Notes: generated from the letters alone by a model not told the origin. A stretch of DNA of 58,431 nucleotides from Candidatus Daviesbacteria bacterium RIFCSPHIGHO2_12_FULL_37_16 (GCA_001776785.1 MFDF01000023.1:1-58431); one strand, 5' to 3'; numbered from the stretch's first letter, positions 1-8,477 are shown. Numbers and translations: made by a program.

Positions 1-1
1 T

Positions 2-97
2 CACCAAACCCTTGATTACCAGACTCCACTAGAATATATTACTACCCATACCTTAGAAAAAGTGTCACCTATGTACTCATCCAGTACATTCATTTGA
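2..97 (+). CDS. 3' end of an ORF cut by the window edge; tail resembles the C-terminus of rve/DDE-type integrase-transposases
   Basis: Frame 2 is open from the window edge to TGA at 95-97 (...HQTLDYQTPLEYITTHTLEKVSPMYSSSTFI*). The L-x-Y-x-T-P-x-E-Y motif is typical of rve-domain protein tails. Only 31 codons are visible. Confidence 0.25.
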   Translation, partial: HQTLDYQTPLEYITTHTLEKVSPMYSSSTFI

Positions 98-147
98 CTT
101 TTATTTAGATTAGGACTATTATTACTGCTCAATTTAGTTGTTAGGAT

Positions 148-170
148 ACCCCAATTGGGGTTATTTTTTT
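148..170 (+). terminator. Rho-independent terminator-like hairpin
   Basis: Palindrome ACCCCAATTGGGGT (148-161) followed by TTATTTTTTT. Confidence 0.5.
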
Positions 171-218
171 AAATCTGGTACACTTAATTTAGGGTAAAGT
201 GATTAGGGAAGAGGGAAA

Positions 219-449
219 ATGGTACAAGACAAATTAAAACAAGACAAGATCAAAATATGGAGAGATAAACTTGAGGCTCTGGATAAGGAGTACAAGGAGA
301 CTATGCAGCAAAGAGGTGAGGCTGCTGCGATGGGTGATTTAAGAGAAAATATTGCATACCAGATGGCTACAGAGAAGGGGGAAGTATTGTCTGCAAGGAT
401 GAGTGATATCCAGAAGATGATTAGGGAGTTAGAAGATGGAAAAGCTTAG
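219..449 (+). CDS. GreA/GreB N-terminal coiled-coil domain-only protein, paralog 1 (76 aa)
   Basis: GDLRENIAYQMATEKGEVLSARMSDIQKMI aligns with the E. coli GreA tip region [30 protein letters not shown]. No C-terminal globular domain. G-rich SD upstream. Confidence 0.7.
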   Translation: MVQDKLKQDKIKIWRDKLEALDKEYKETMQQRGEAAAMGDLRENIAYQMATEKGEVLSARMSDIQKMIRELEDGKA

Positions 450-657
450 TATTTCTGACTGGAAAAAAAAATTAAAGATGCTGGAAGAAGAGGATCTGCC
501 TAAGGCTATGGCCAGGGTGGGTGAATCTGCTTCCACAGGAGACTGGAATGAAAATGCTGAGTTTGAAGATGCTGAGAGACAGCTTGAGGTTATCAGGCAA
601 AGAATTAATGATATAAGATCCCTGATTAAGAGTTTGGAAGCTAAGAAGAAAAAGTAG
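436..657 (+). CDS. GreA/GreB N-terminal coiled-coil domain-only protein, paralog 2 (73 aa)
   Basis: GDWNENAEFEDAERQLEVIRQRINDIRSLI matches the Gre coiled-coil tip. Overlaps the preceding paralog by 14 nt. Confidence 0.7.
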   Translation: MEKLSISDWKKKLKMLEEEDLPKAMARVGESASTGDWNENAEFEDAERQLEVIRQRINDIRSLIKSLEAKKKK

Positions 658-664
658 TCTAAAC

Positions 665-693
665 TTGATAAAAATGTCCAATTAGAGTATTAT
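665..693 (+). promoter_or_regulatory. Sigma70-like promoter upstream of fusA
   Basis: TTGATA (665-670), 17 nt spacer, TATTAT (688-693). Confidence 0.45.
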
Positions 694-706
694 ATCAGGA
701 TCAATT

Positions 707-727
707 TGCGCCTATGGGCGCATTTTT
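707..727 (+). promoter_or_regulatory. Promoter-proximal leader hairpin with U5 tract upstream of fusA
   Basis: TGCGCC-tatg-GGCGCA followed by TTTTT. Begins ~14 nt after the -10 box and ends 24 nt before the fusA ATG. Confidence 0.45.
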
Positions 728-751
728 CAAGATAGAAAGTAAATTTAAAAC

Positions 752-2893
752 ATGGCTGTAACTCAAAAAACAAAGAGAGATTTTCCTCTAGAGCGAATTA
801 GAAATATGGGTATTATTGCCCATATTGATGCTGGAAAAACAACAACTACTGAGAGAATTCTTTTTTATACGGGTAAAACTTATAAGATAGGAGATATTGA
901 CGAGGGTAATACTACAACAGACTGGATGGAGCAGGAAAGGGAGAGGGGTATTACTATTGTTTCTGCTGCAATAACAACTTTCTGGACCCCAAAGAGTGGT
1001 CCATTTAAAGACCAGGAGATGAGGATTAACTTAATTGATACCCCAGGACATGTAGATTTTACAGTTGAGGTGGAAAGAAGTCTTAGGGTTTTGGATGGAG
1101 GAGTGATTGTTTTAGACAGTGCTTCAGGGGTTCAGTCCCAGACTGAGACTGTTTGGAGACAGGCTGATAAATATGGAGTTCCTTTGATTGCTTTTTCAAA
1201 TAAGATGGATGTTGTGGGTGCAGACTTTTTGGGCACAATCCAGAGTGCAAGGGACAGGCTTGGGGCTAATGCACTTCCCTATAACCTGCCAATTGGGGTT
1301 GAGAATGACTTTAAAGGTGTAGTTGATCTTTTAACCCAAAAAGCTCTGATTTGGGAGGGTGATAATACAGGGGCTGCATTCCATGAAGCTGAAATCCCAG
1401 CAGACATGGCAGATTTAGTTAAAGAGTGGAGGGAGAAGCTGGTTGAGGAGATTGCAGGGACTGATGATAATTTAATGGAGAAGTTTTTAAATGGAGAAGA
1501 GTTAGGGATTGAGGAGTTAAAGGCTGTTTTAAGAAAAGCTGTAATTTCTAAAAAGATAGTTCCAGTTATGGCAGGCAGTTCTTTAAGAAACAAAGGTGTT
1601 CAGCCAATGCTTGACGCTGTTATTGAGTATTTGCCTTCACCTTTGGATATACCTCAACTTGCTGGAACTGACCCATCAACTGGAGAAGAAAAATCTTTTG
1701 ATAATACCAAAGATGCTCCCCTTGGGGCTTTAGCTTTTAAGATCCAGATTGATCCTCATGTTGGAAGATTAACTTATGTCAGGGTTTATTCTGGAACTTT
1801 AAAGAGTGGCTCATATATTTATAACTCAACTAAGGGAGTAAAAGAGAGGGTAGGAAGAGTGCTTTTGATGCATGCAAATGACAGGGAAGAGATTGATGAG
1901 GCTTATGCAGGAGAGATTATTGCAGTTGTAGGGCTTAAGGATACTGTGACAGGGGATACTCTTTGTGATGAGGATAATCCAATTGTTTTAGAATCTATAA
2001 CTTTTGCTGAACCTGTTATTTCACTGGCAATTGAGCCTAAAACTAAATCAGACCAGGAAAAGCTGGCAATAGCGCTGCAGAGGTTAGCTGAAGAAGACCC
2101 AACATTTAGGGTTAAATCAAACCCTGAAACTGGACAAACAATAATTTCAGGAATGGGGGAGTTACATTTAGAGATTATTGTGGACAGGATGAAAAGGGAA
2201 TTTAAGGTTGAGGCAAATATTGGTGAACCTCAGGTAGCATACAGGGAGACTATCACTAAAGAAGCCCATGGTGAGGGTAAATATATCAGGCAATCTGGTG
2301 GTAGGGGTAATTATGGACATGCAGTCATCAGGATTGAACCCTTACCAAGAGGACAGGGGAGAGAGTTTGTGTCTGAAATTGTGGGTGGAGCAATTCCAAG
2401 GGAATATATTCCAGCAATTGAGAAGGGTATTTATGAGAAAGAGGATACAGGGATTTTGGCAGGGTACCCTATGACTGATGTTAAAGTGAGTGTTTATGAT
2501 GGGTCTTTTCATGAGGTTGATTCAAATGAGATGGCTTTTAAAATTGCAGGTTCTTTTGCAATGACAGATGCTGCACAAAAGGCTGACATGATTTTACTTG
2601 AGCCTATTATGAAGGTTGAAGTGTCAACCCCTGATGAGTTTATGGGAGATTTGATTGGAGATTTGTCTTCTAAGAGAGCACAGATTTTAGGGAGTGAGAA
2701 AAGGGGGAATGCCACAATTATTAATGCAATGGTGCCTTTAGCTGAACTTGGGGGATATATTACAACAATAAGAAGTATGTCTCAGGGAAGAGCAACTGCA
2801 TATATTGAACCAAGCCATTATGAACCAGTGCCTCAGATGATTACCCAAAAGGTGATTAAAGAATCAGGCTTTACAGGCAGAGTTGAACACTAA
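752..2893 (+). CDS. fusA: Elongation factor G
   Basis: 713 aa. [10 protein letters not shown]-loop, DTPGHVDF and NKMD motifs, full EF-G domain order. Confidence 0.97.
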   Translation: MAVTQKTKRDFPLERIRNMGIIAHIDAGKTTTTERILFYTGKTYKIGDIDEGNTTTDWMEQERERGITIVSAAITTFWTPKSGPFKDQEMRINLIDTPGHVDFTVEVERSLRVLDGGVIVLDSASGVQSQTETVWRQADKYGVPLIAFSNKMDVVGADFLGTIQSARDRLGANALPYNLPIGVENDFKGVVDLLTQKALIWEGDNTGAAFHEAEIPADMADLVKEWREKLVEEIAGTDDNLMEKFLNGEELGIEELKAVLRKAVISKKIVPVMAGSSLRNKGVQPMLDAVIEYLPSPLDIPQLAGTDPSTGEEKSFDNTKDAPLGALAFKIQIDPHVGRLTYVRVYSGTLKSGSYIYNSTKGVKERVGRVLLMHANDREEIDEAYAGEIIAVVGLKDTVTGDTLCDEDNPIVLESITFAEPVISLAIEPKTKSDQEKLAIALQRLAEEDPTFRVKSNPETGQTIISGMGELHLEIIVDRMKREFKVEANIGEPQVAYRETITKEAHGEGKYIRQSGGRGNYGHAVIRIEPLPRGQGREFVSEIVGGAIPREYIPAIEKGIYEKEDTGILAGYPMTDVKVSVYDGSFHEVDSNEMAFKIAGSFAMTDAAQKADMILLEPIMKVEVSTPDEFMGDLIGDLSSKRAQILGSEKRGNATIINAMVPLAELGGYITTIRSMSQGRATAYIEPSHYEPVPQMITQKVIKESGFTGRVEH

Positions 2894-2919
2894 ATTCTTT
2901 TTGTGATATTCTTCAATTA

Positions 2920-3201
2920 ATGCGGGAAATGGGATGTTTTTATGCCCCTGATGTAGTATCTTTTAGGTTAAGACCAGGCTGTAATGAAGGTGCTTTTTTG
3001 GAAAGATTTTCAAAAAGACGGGTTGTTTTTGGTTTAGATAGAGCATTTGAGGGGGAGAGGGATGGAAGTCTCTCTATGCTTTATATTGCTCATACTACTC
3101 CCCGTGAACTCCCAAGGCTAGTTAAGAGTTTGGAACATAATCCAAATGTAGATAAGGTAGGAAGGGTTAGAGCTACACGTCCTTCTTATATTGATGCTTA
3201 A
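2920..3201 (+). CDS. Hypothetical protein (93 aa) inserted between fusA and tuf
   Basis: ORF only. No family recognised. Confidence 0.4.
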   Translation: MREMGCFYAPDVVSFRLRPGCNEGAFLERFSKRRVVFGLDRAFEGERDGSLSMLYIAHTTPRELPRLVKSLEHNPNVDKVGRVRATRPSYIDA

Positions 3202-3295
3202 CTTTATTTAATTTCCTGTTTAGATTCATACAAAGTGTTAACTTAAATTTTATCCAAAGTTTTTAAAATACATATTCCACGTTTTTTTTAAGTCT

Positions 3296-3943
3296 ATGCC
3301 TGTATTAACTAAAGAATTAGCAATAGAGGGGGTTCCAGTTAATTATGCCTGGAGGCCAACTCCCCAGGGAGATAACCAGCTTGTACTTTATAGAGGATTT
3401 TGGGAGACTGAGGATGTTTTAGAGAGGCTGTTTAAAGATAAAGAGGCAGAGGAGAAGGGAAGGGAGGTGGCAGAGGTTTTAGAGGAAGGTTGGAAAAAAA
3501 TTGAGTCAGTTTTTACAGATGGAGCATTTATAAGATCTTATGCGAGAGTTTCTTCAAATCCTGAAATTTTAAATAGAATATGGTTTATTTTAGAATCGAA
3601 TGATCCATATATATTTTTTAGGGGATCTAAACTGGCAAATCATTTACCAGAAATTGCAGCAGGAGAGAACCTGCATCTTCTTGCACCTAACTTATCAAGT
3701 GAAATAATGCTTGGTAAAAATCAGCCTTATATAAAAGTTGGTCCTGGAAGATTAAGATCATTAATTAATTTGGAGCAGAGTTTGGGAAAATTGGTGAGAG
3801 GGTTATATAATGAGGCTGGCCTTCCCAGTTTGGTAGCCCCTGTAACTGCAGTAAGGGTAAAGATTGCAGACTTAGCCATTAGAGATGGCTATGGATATAG
3901 AGATAAAGATGGTTTTGTGGTAGAAACAGAACCTTTGCGTTAG
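3296..3943 (+). CDS. Hypothetical protein (215 aa)
   Basis: Long ORF co-directional with its neighbours. No family recognised. Confidence 0.55.
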   Translation: MPVLTKELAIEGVPVNYAWRPTPQGDNQLVLYRGFWETEDVLERLFKDKEAEEKGREVAEVLEEGWKKIESVFTDGAFIRSYARVSSNPEILNRIWFILESNDPYIFFRGSKLANHLPEIAAGENLHLLAPNLSSEIMLGKNQPYIKVGPGRLRSLINLEQSLGKLVRGLYNEAGLPSLVAPVTAVRVKIADLAIRDGYGYRDKDGFVVETEPLR

Positions 3944-3988
3944 TATTTAAAGCTTGACACTCTGCCCTATTTAATAAATCATTAGAGT

Positions 3989-4498
3989 ATGTTTTCTAAA
4001 ATTTATTTTTATTTAGCTTCATCTTTACTTTTATTTTCAGTTTATTATGAACTGGTGGTTAATGGGTTTAGTTTAGATTTTTATAAGATTTTTTTAATTG
4101 TTACTAATATATTAGTAGTTTTGGGTGGATATTCTTACTTTTTTAAAAAACAGATATTTAGTACAGAGGTTTGGAAAAAAATTTGGTATGTGGTGGCTGC
4201 AAATTTAGGGTTGAGTCTGCTTTTACAGTTTATGCCAAAATTCTTAGCGGGTGAATTTTCAATTTATTATTTTAATTTATTGGCAAATCTGACAGGATTT
4301 ATTTTAGGCACAATTCTTTTTGTCCCACTTTACTTTGCTGTTTATCAGCTAAAGCAGAAAACCTCGGATGTAAATCCGAGGATGAATGCTTTAAATAACA
4401 CAGCTTTAGCTGTGAAGCTGAGAAGAAACCACGGGCGTGAGCCCATGGAGCTTCATAGATTAGCTAATTTTGAGGCTAAAAGTGAGAAAAAGAGATAA
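3989..4498 (+). CDS. Hypothetical membrane protein (169 aa); C-terminal tail encoded by hairpin repeats
   Basis: About 4 hydrophobic segments. The last ~45 codons run through hairpin repeats (CCTCGGATgtaaATCCGAGG, CCACGGGCGTGAGCCCATGG). Confidence 0.55.
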   Translation: MFSKIYFYLASSLLLFSVYYELVVNGFSLDFYKIFLIVTNILVVLGGYSYFFKKQIFSTEVWKKIWYVVAANLGLSLLLQFMPKFLAGEFSIYYFNLLANLTGFILGTILFVPLYFAVYQLKQKTSDVNPRMNALNNTALAVKLRRNHGREPMELHRLANFEAKSEKKR

Positions 4499-4511
4499 GC
4501 CAACTTCCCTC

Positions 4512-4540
4512 TTGCAAAAGAAGTCTAATTGGTGTAAGAT
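4512..4540 (+). promoter_or_regulatory. Sigma70-like promoter upstream of tuf
   Basis: TTGCAA (4512-4517), 17 nt spacer, TAAGAT (4535-4540). Confidence 0.5.
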
Positions 4541-4548
4541 TTCTCAAT

Positions 4549-4575
4549 CCAGCTTAGGAAAAGGGCTGGTTTTTT
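4549..4575 (+). promoter_or_regulatory. Promoter-proximal leader hairpin with U6 tract upstream of tuf
   Basis: CCAGCtt-aggaaaa-ggGCTGG followed by TTTTTT. Starts ~9 nt after the -10 box; the tuf ATG is at 4593. Confidence 0.5.
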
Positions 4576-4592
4576 AAGGCAAATTTAAAAAA

Positions 4593-5771
4593 ATGGCAGG
4601 AACATTTGACAGATCAAAACCACACGTAAATGTAGGAACCATGGGTCATGTTGACCATGGTAAAACTACTCTAACTGCAGCTATAACTAAAGTCCTTTCA
4701 GACAAAGGTATGGCTGAATTTAGGGCTTATGACCAAATTGACTCAGCTCCTGAGGAAAAGGCCCGTGGAATTACAATTAACATCTCCCACCAGGAATACC
4801 AGACAGAAAAAAGACATTATGCCCACATTGACATGCCTGGGCATGCTGATTACATCAAAAACATGATTACAGGTGCTGCACAAACAGATGGAGCAATTTT
4901 AGTTGTGAGCGCTCCAGATGGCCCAATGCCTCAAACAAGAGAGCACTTGCTTTTAGCAAAACAGGTTGGAGTTCCAGCCATTGTAGTTTACCTTAATAAG
5001 ACTGATATGGTTGATGATGCTGAACTTTTGGATCTGGTTGAAGAAGAAGTCAGAGATTTGCTTAAAAAATATGAATATGATCCACAGTCTCCTATAATCC
5101 GCGGTTCTGCTAAAAAAGCATTAGAAGGTGATCCAGAAGCTGTAAAATCTATTGAAGATTTAATGAATGCAGTTGATGAGTGGATTCCAACTCCTGTTAG
5201 GGAAAAGGAAAAACCATTTTTGATGGCTGTTGAGGATGTTTTCTCTATTAAAGGTAGAGGAACTGTTGTGACAGGAAGAATTGAAAGAGGAGTTGTTAAG
5301 ATTAATGAGGAAATAGAGATTGTTGGTATAAGACCAACTAAGAAATCTGTTGTAACAGGTATTGAGATGTTCCATAAGCTTCTGGATCAGGGAGAAGCTG
5401 GAGACAATGCAGGAGTACTTTTAAGAGGTATTGAAAAAGATGATGTTGAGAGAGGTCAGGTTTTAGCAAAGCCTGGATCAATTACTCCACATGCGCAGTT
5501 TGAAGCTGAAATTTATATCCTTTCCAAAGAAGAGGGTGGAAGACACACACCATTTTTTAAAGGATACAGACCACAATTTTATGTAAGGACAACTGATGTG
5601 ACTGGTGAAGTTACTCTTCCAGAAGGTGTTGAGATGGCAATGCCAGGTGACACTACAAAGATCACTGCAAAGCTTATTACTCCAGTTGCTATGGAAGAGG
5701 GATTAAGGTTTGCTATTAGAGAAGGTGGTAAAACTGTAGGTGCAGGAGTTATCACAAAAATTATAGCCTAA
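4593..5771 (+). CDS. tuf: Elongation factor Tu
   Basis: 392 aa. [17 protein letters not shown] and NKTD motifs. Confidence 0.98.
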   Translation: MAGTFDRSKPHVNVGTMGHVDHGKTTLTAAITKVLSDKGMAEFRAYDQIDSAPEEKARGITINISHQEYQTEKRHYAHIDMPGHADYIKNMITGAAQTDGAILVVSAPDGPMPQTREHLLLAKQVGVPAIVVYLNKTDMVDDAELLDLVEEEVRDLLKKYEYDPQSPIIRGSAKKALEGDPEAVKSIEDLMNAVDEWIPTPVREKEKPFLMAVEDVFSIKGRGTVVTGRIERGVVKINEEIEIVGIRPTKKSVVTGIEMFHKLLDQGEAGDNAGVLLRGIEKDDVERGQVLAKPGSITPHAQFEAEIYILSKEEGGRHTPFFKGYRPQFYVRTTDVTGEVTLPEGVEMAMPGDTTKITAKLITPVAMEEGLRFAIREGGKTVGAGVITKIIA

Positions 5772-5789
5772 GGTTTAGGTTGTTAGATA

Positions 5790-5810
5790 GGGCCGTAATG
5801 GCCCTTTTTT
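5790..5810 (+). terminator. Rho-independent terminator after tuf
   Basis: GGGCC-gtaat-GGCCC followed by TTTTTT. Confidence 0.6.
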
Positions 5811-5861
5811 AGTAATTAGGGTATAATTGCACATTGAAAGGGAGAAAGGCTGGAATTGTTG

Positions 5862-5891
5862 CATTGTTAGATGGTTAAATTGCTAACAATG
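5862..5891 (+). promoter_or_regulatory. rpsJ leader hairpin
   Basis: 9-bp stem CATTGTTAG / CTAACAATG with a 12-nt loop, downstream of TATAAT at 5822-5827 and 31 nt before the rpsJ ATG. Confidence 0.35.
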
Positions 5892-5921
5892 AAACAGTGT
5901 ATCAATTTCACAATTTAAATT

Positions 5922-6230
5922 ATGGCTAAAGGCAGAATTAGAGTCAGACTCAAAAGTTATGATTATAGAGTATTAGATACAACCTGTGAGCAGCTTTTAG
6001 ATACTGCTCTAAGGACTGGTGCCAAAATTGTAGGCCCTATCCCCCTTCCAACCAGAACTTCAAGAATTACTGTTCCCAAATCCCCTTTTACAGATAAAAA
6101 TTCCCAGGAAACTTTTGAGATTAAAACCCACAAAAGGGTTGTAGATATTATAGAACCAACAGATAAAACTATAGATTCTCTAATGCATTTAGAGCTTCCT
6201 GCAGGTGTGGATATTGAAGTCAAAATGTAA
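5922..6230 (+). CDS. rpsJ: 30S ribosomal protein S10
   Basis: 102 aa. IRVRLKSYD...LPTR...SPF.DK.S.E.FE..THKR pattern. Confidence 0.97.
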   Translation: MAKGRIRVRLKSYDYRVLDTTCEQLLDTALRTGAKIVGPIPLPTRTSRITVPKSPFTDKNSQETFEIKTHKRVVDIIEPTDKTIDSLMHLELPAGVDIEVKM

Positions 6231-6231
6231 T

Positions 6232-6258
6232 CCAAGGTGTTATCCTTGGCTCTCTTTT
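6232..6258 (+). terminator. Terminator-like hairpin directly after rpsJ
   Basis: CCAAGG-tgttat-CCTTGG followed by ctctctttt. Confidence 0.45.
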
Positions 6259-6288
6259 GTCACCCTGAACGAAGTGAATACTAGTTAA

Positions 6289-6670
6289 GTCATTACGAGG
6301 AGCAAAGCGACGTAGTAATCTTTATTCTATAATTTCTTCATAAAGATCTTTGAGTTTTGGGTTAAACTCAAGTATTATTTTTTCTTTTTTAAGTCTGGAA
6401 TAATTTTTTATCTGTTTTTCTCTTAAAATAGCATTTTCAGGATCCTGGAAAATTTCAAAGTAAACTAAATGGTGAATTTGGTATTTTTGACTAAAACCTT
6501 GGACTAAGTTTTGTTTATGTTCCCAAACTCTTCTTTTTAAGTCATTTGTTACTCCGCAATATAGAACTGTTTTGGAAAAGTTTGAGAGTATGTAAACATA
6601 ATATTGTTTATTAGGCATGACTTTATTTTAAATCAAGATTCCTACGCAAACAAAGTTTGCTCGGAATGAC
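6289..6670 (-). mobile_element. GIY-YIG gene cassette bounded by ~33-35 nt imperfect inverted repeats
   Basis: Left end GTCATTACGAGGAGCAAAGCGACGTAGTAATCT (6289-6321). Reverse complement of the right end is GTCATTCCGAGCAAACTTTGTTTGCGTAGGAATCT (6636-6670). The GIY-YIG ORF lies exactly between them. Confidence 0.5.
6322..6618 (-). CDS. GIY-YIG nuclease superfamily protein (small stand-alone type)
   Basis: 98 aa. YYVYILSN...LYCGVTNDLKRRVWEHKQ...REKQIKNYSRLKK matches the GIY-YIG catalytic core. Confidence 0.85.
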   Translation of the reverse strand: MPNKQYYVYILSNFSKTVLYCGVTNDLKRRVWEHKQNLVQGFSQKYQIHHLVYFEIFQDPENAILREKQIKNYSRLKKEKIILEFNPKLKDLYEEIIE

Positions 6671-6836
6671 ATTGTTTGTACTTCGCTGCACTTGCATTTG
6701 TGCGTGAGTGTGTGTTAAAATTCTTTTCAGTACATGCTTAAAGCTTGTTAGGTTAACAACTTGAGATTTTCAGTAGATCGCACGTCGGATTTTACATTAA
6801 AGATACGGCGATTTTAATAAAAAAAAGCGAAATACT

Positions 6837-6871
6837 GAGTGAGGATCCGGCAGCGGACCTCACTCTTTTTT
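6837..6871 (+). promoter_or_regulatory. Leader hairpin with U6 tract upstream of rplC
   Basis: GAGTGAGG (6837-6844) pairs with CCTCACTC (6858-6865), then TTTTTT. A weak candidate promoter lies upstream (TTTACA 6791-6796, 17 nt, TTAATA 6814-6819). Confidence 0.4.
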
Positions 6872-6886
6872 GTGCTTAGTAAAAAT

Positions 6887-7711
6887 ATGTTAAATACATT
6901 GCTCGGAATTAAAAAAGGAATGACTTCTACATACGATTCTCGTGGGAGAAGAGTTGGGGCAACTTTGGTTCAAATTGAGCCTAATTTTGTTACTCAAGTT
7001 AAAGTTGCTGAGGGTAAAGATGGATATAATTCAGTTCAGCTTGGAATTTCTACTAAGAAAAGTTTGAAAAAACCTCAGCTTGGACATCTCAAAAAAGCTG
7101 GTATTGAGAAGGCTACAAGATGGATGAGAGAGATTAGAACAGAAGAAGCACAGCAAGATATTACACCTGGTCAAGAAATACAAATAGGCCAGGTTTTTTT
7201 TGTGGGTGATGCTTTAAAAGTGACTGGAACTTCTAAAGGTAAGGGTTTTCAGGGTGGTGTGAGAAGACATGGATTTCATGGGGGACCAAAGACTCATGGT
7301 CAGTCTGACAGGCACAGAGCACCTGGATCTATTGGTACAGGTACTACTCCAGGCAGGGTTTTAAAGGGTAAGAAAATGGCAGGACACATGGGGTCAGAAA
7401 AGACTAGTTATAGAAATTTAGAAGTTGTATCTGTTGACAAAACAAACAACATTTTAGCTATAAAAGGTGGGGTTCCGGGACCTATTGGGGGGCTTGTGAT
7501 AATAGAAAAGTTAGGAAGAATTAAGGGTTATACTCCACCACCCGAAGAGAAAGAAGAAGAGGAAGTTGTATCTGATGTAGAACAGATGGAAGCAGGCGGA
7601 GGAACGGTAGAAGAGGAGTCGAAGGGGTCGGAAGGGACTGAGGAGTCGGAGGTAAAAGAAAAGCAAATTGTTGAAGATACAAAAAAAGAAGGAGAAGAGA
7701 ATGCCAGTTAA
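6887..7711 (+). CDS. rplC: 50S ribosomal protein L3 with an acidic C-terminal extension
   Basis: Start chosen at MLNTLLGIKKGMT (canonical L3 N-terminus); the longer ORF from 6839 runs through the leader hairpin. The tail PPPEEKEEEEVV...EGEENAS is extra. Confidence 0.93.
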   Translation: MLNTLLGIKKGMTSTYDSRGRRVGATLVQIEPNFVTQVKVAEGKDGYNSVQLGISTKKSLKKPQLGHLKKAGIEKATRWMREIRTEEAQQDITPGQEIQIGQVFFVGDALKVTGTSKGKGFQGGVRRHGFHGGPKTHGQSDRHRAPGSIGTGTTPGRVLKGKKMAGHMGSEKTSYRNLEVVSVDKTNNILAIKGGVPGPIGGLVIIEKLGRIKGYTPPPEEKEEEEVVSDVEQMEAGGGTVEEESKGSEGTEESEVKEKQIVEDTKKEGEENAS

Positions 7712-8477
7712 AAAAGAAGTAACAAATGACAAGAAACAAGAAACAAACAAGAAAAACGTCATTGCGAACGTAGTGAAGCAATCTAGTCCGGATAAAACTC
7801 AAAACAAGATTGCCACGTCGCCAAAGGCTCCTCGCAATGACAGAAAAAAAGGGGGGCTTTCTGTAGCCTTATATTCTTTGGCTGGCAAAACAGCTGGGAC
7901 TTTGGATTTGCCAAAAGAAGTTTTTGGGGCAGAGGTAAATCAGGATTTATTAAAACAAGCTTTAAGGGTTTATTCTACAAACATAAAATCCCACAGAGCT
8001 CACACAAAAACCAGGGGAGAGGTTAGGGGTTCAACCAGAAAAATCTGGAAACAAAAAGGGACTGGAAGGGCAAGACATGGAGCTATAACAGCCCCTATTT
8101 TTGTAGGCGGAGGAATTGCACTTGGACCAAGAGTCAGGAATGTAATTTTAGATTTACCTGAAAAGATGAAGAAAAAGGCATTGATTTCTGCTTTATCCCA
8201 AAAAGCTTTAGATAGCGGGGTAATTGGAGTTTCAGGATTAGATAAGGCTAGCGGTAAGACAAAAGAGATGGCAACACTGATTAAAAAGGTTGAAGCAAAG
8301 TCTGCTTTGATTGTGACAGGTGATAAAAGTGAAAATGCTAAGAGGGCTACCGGGAATTTAAAAAATACACAGCTTATTAGTGCGCAGTCTCTAAATGCTT
8401 ATGAAGTATTAAGACACCAAAGCTTACTTTTAACTAAAGAAGCAGTTGAGAAACTAAAAGAAAGGTTGGTTAGGTAG
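7701..8477 (+). CDS. rplD: 50S ribosomal protein L4 with a ~55-aa Lys-rich N-terminal extension
   Basis: AAGGAG SD 7 nt before ATG 7701, which overlaps the rplC stop. The canonical L4 core starts at SVALYSLAGKTAGTLDLPKEVFG, and no start codon lies between the repeat insert and this core. Confidence 0.9.
   Translation: MPVKKEVTNDKKQETNKKNVIANVVKQSSPDKTQNKIATSPKAPRNDRKKGGLSVALYSLAGKTAGTLDLPKEVFGAEVNQDLLKQALRVYSTNIKSHRAHTKTRGEVRGSTRKIWKQKGTGRARHGAITAPIFVGGGIALGPRVRNVILDLPEKMKKKALISALSQKALDSGVIGVSGLDKASGKTKEMATLIKKVEAKSALIVTGDKSENAKRATGNLKNTQLISAQSLNAYEVLRHQSLLLTKEAVEKLKERLVR
7758..7841 (+). repeat. 84-nt MITE-like insert with terminal inverted repeats, in frame inside rplD
   Basis: GTCATTGCGAACGTAGTGAAGCAATCT (7758-7784). 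Reverse complement of 7807-7841 is GTCATTGCGAGGAGCCTTTGGCGACGTGGCAATCT. Same repeat family as the GIY-YIG cassette ends. 84 nt = 28 codons with no stop. Confidence 0.55.

Noticed and set aside
6839-6886. N-terminal extensions offered by the ORF track for rplC (6839), rplB (9055), rplX (13187), rplE (13507), rplO (16373), infA (19476), rpoA (21690), recA (31064), 39177, 45791 and cca (53992).
   Set aside because: In each case a downstream start reproduces the canonical N-terminus of the family. The extension reads through a hairpin repeat, a terminator, a tRNA-end repeat or the preceding gene.
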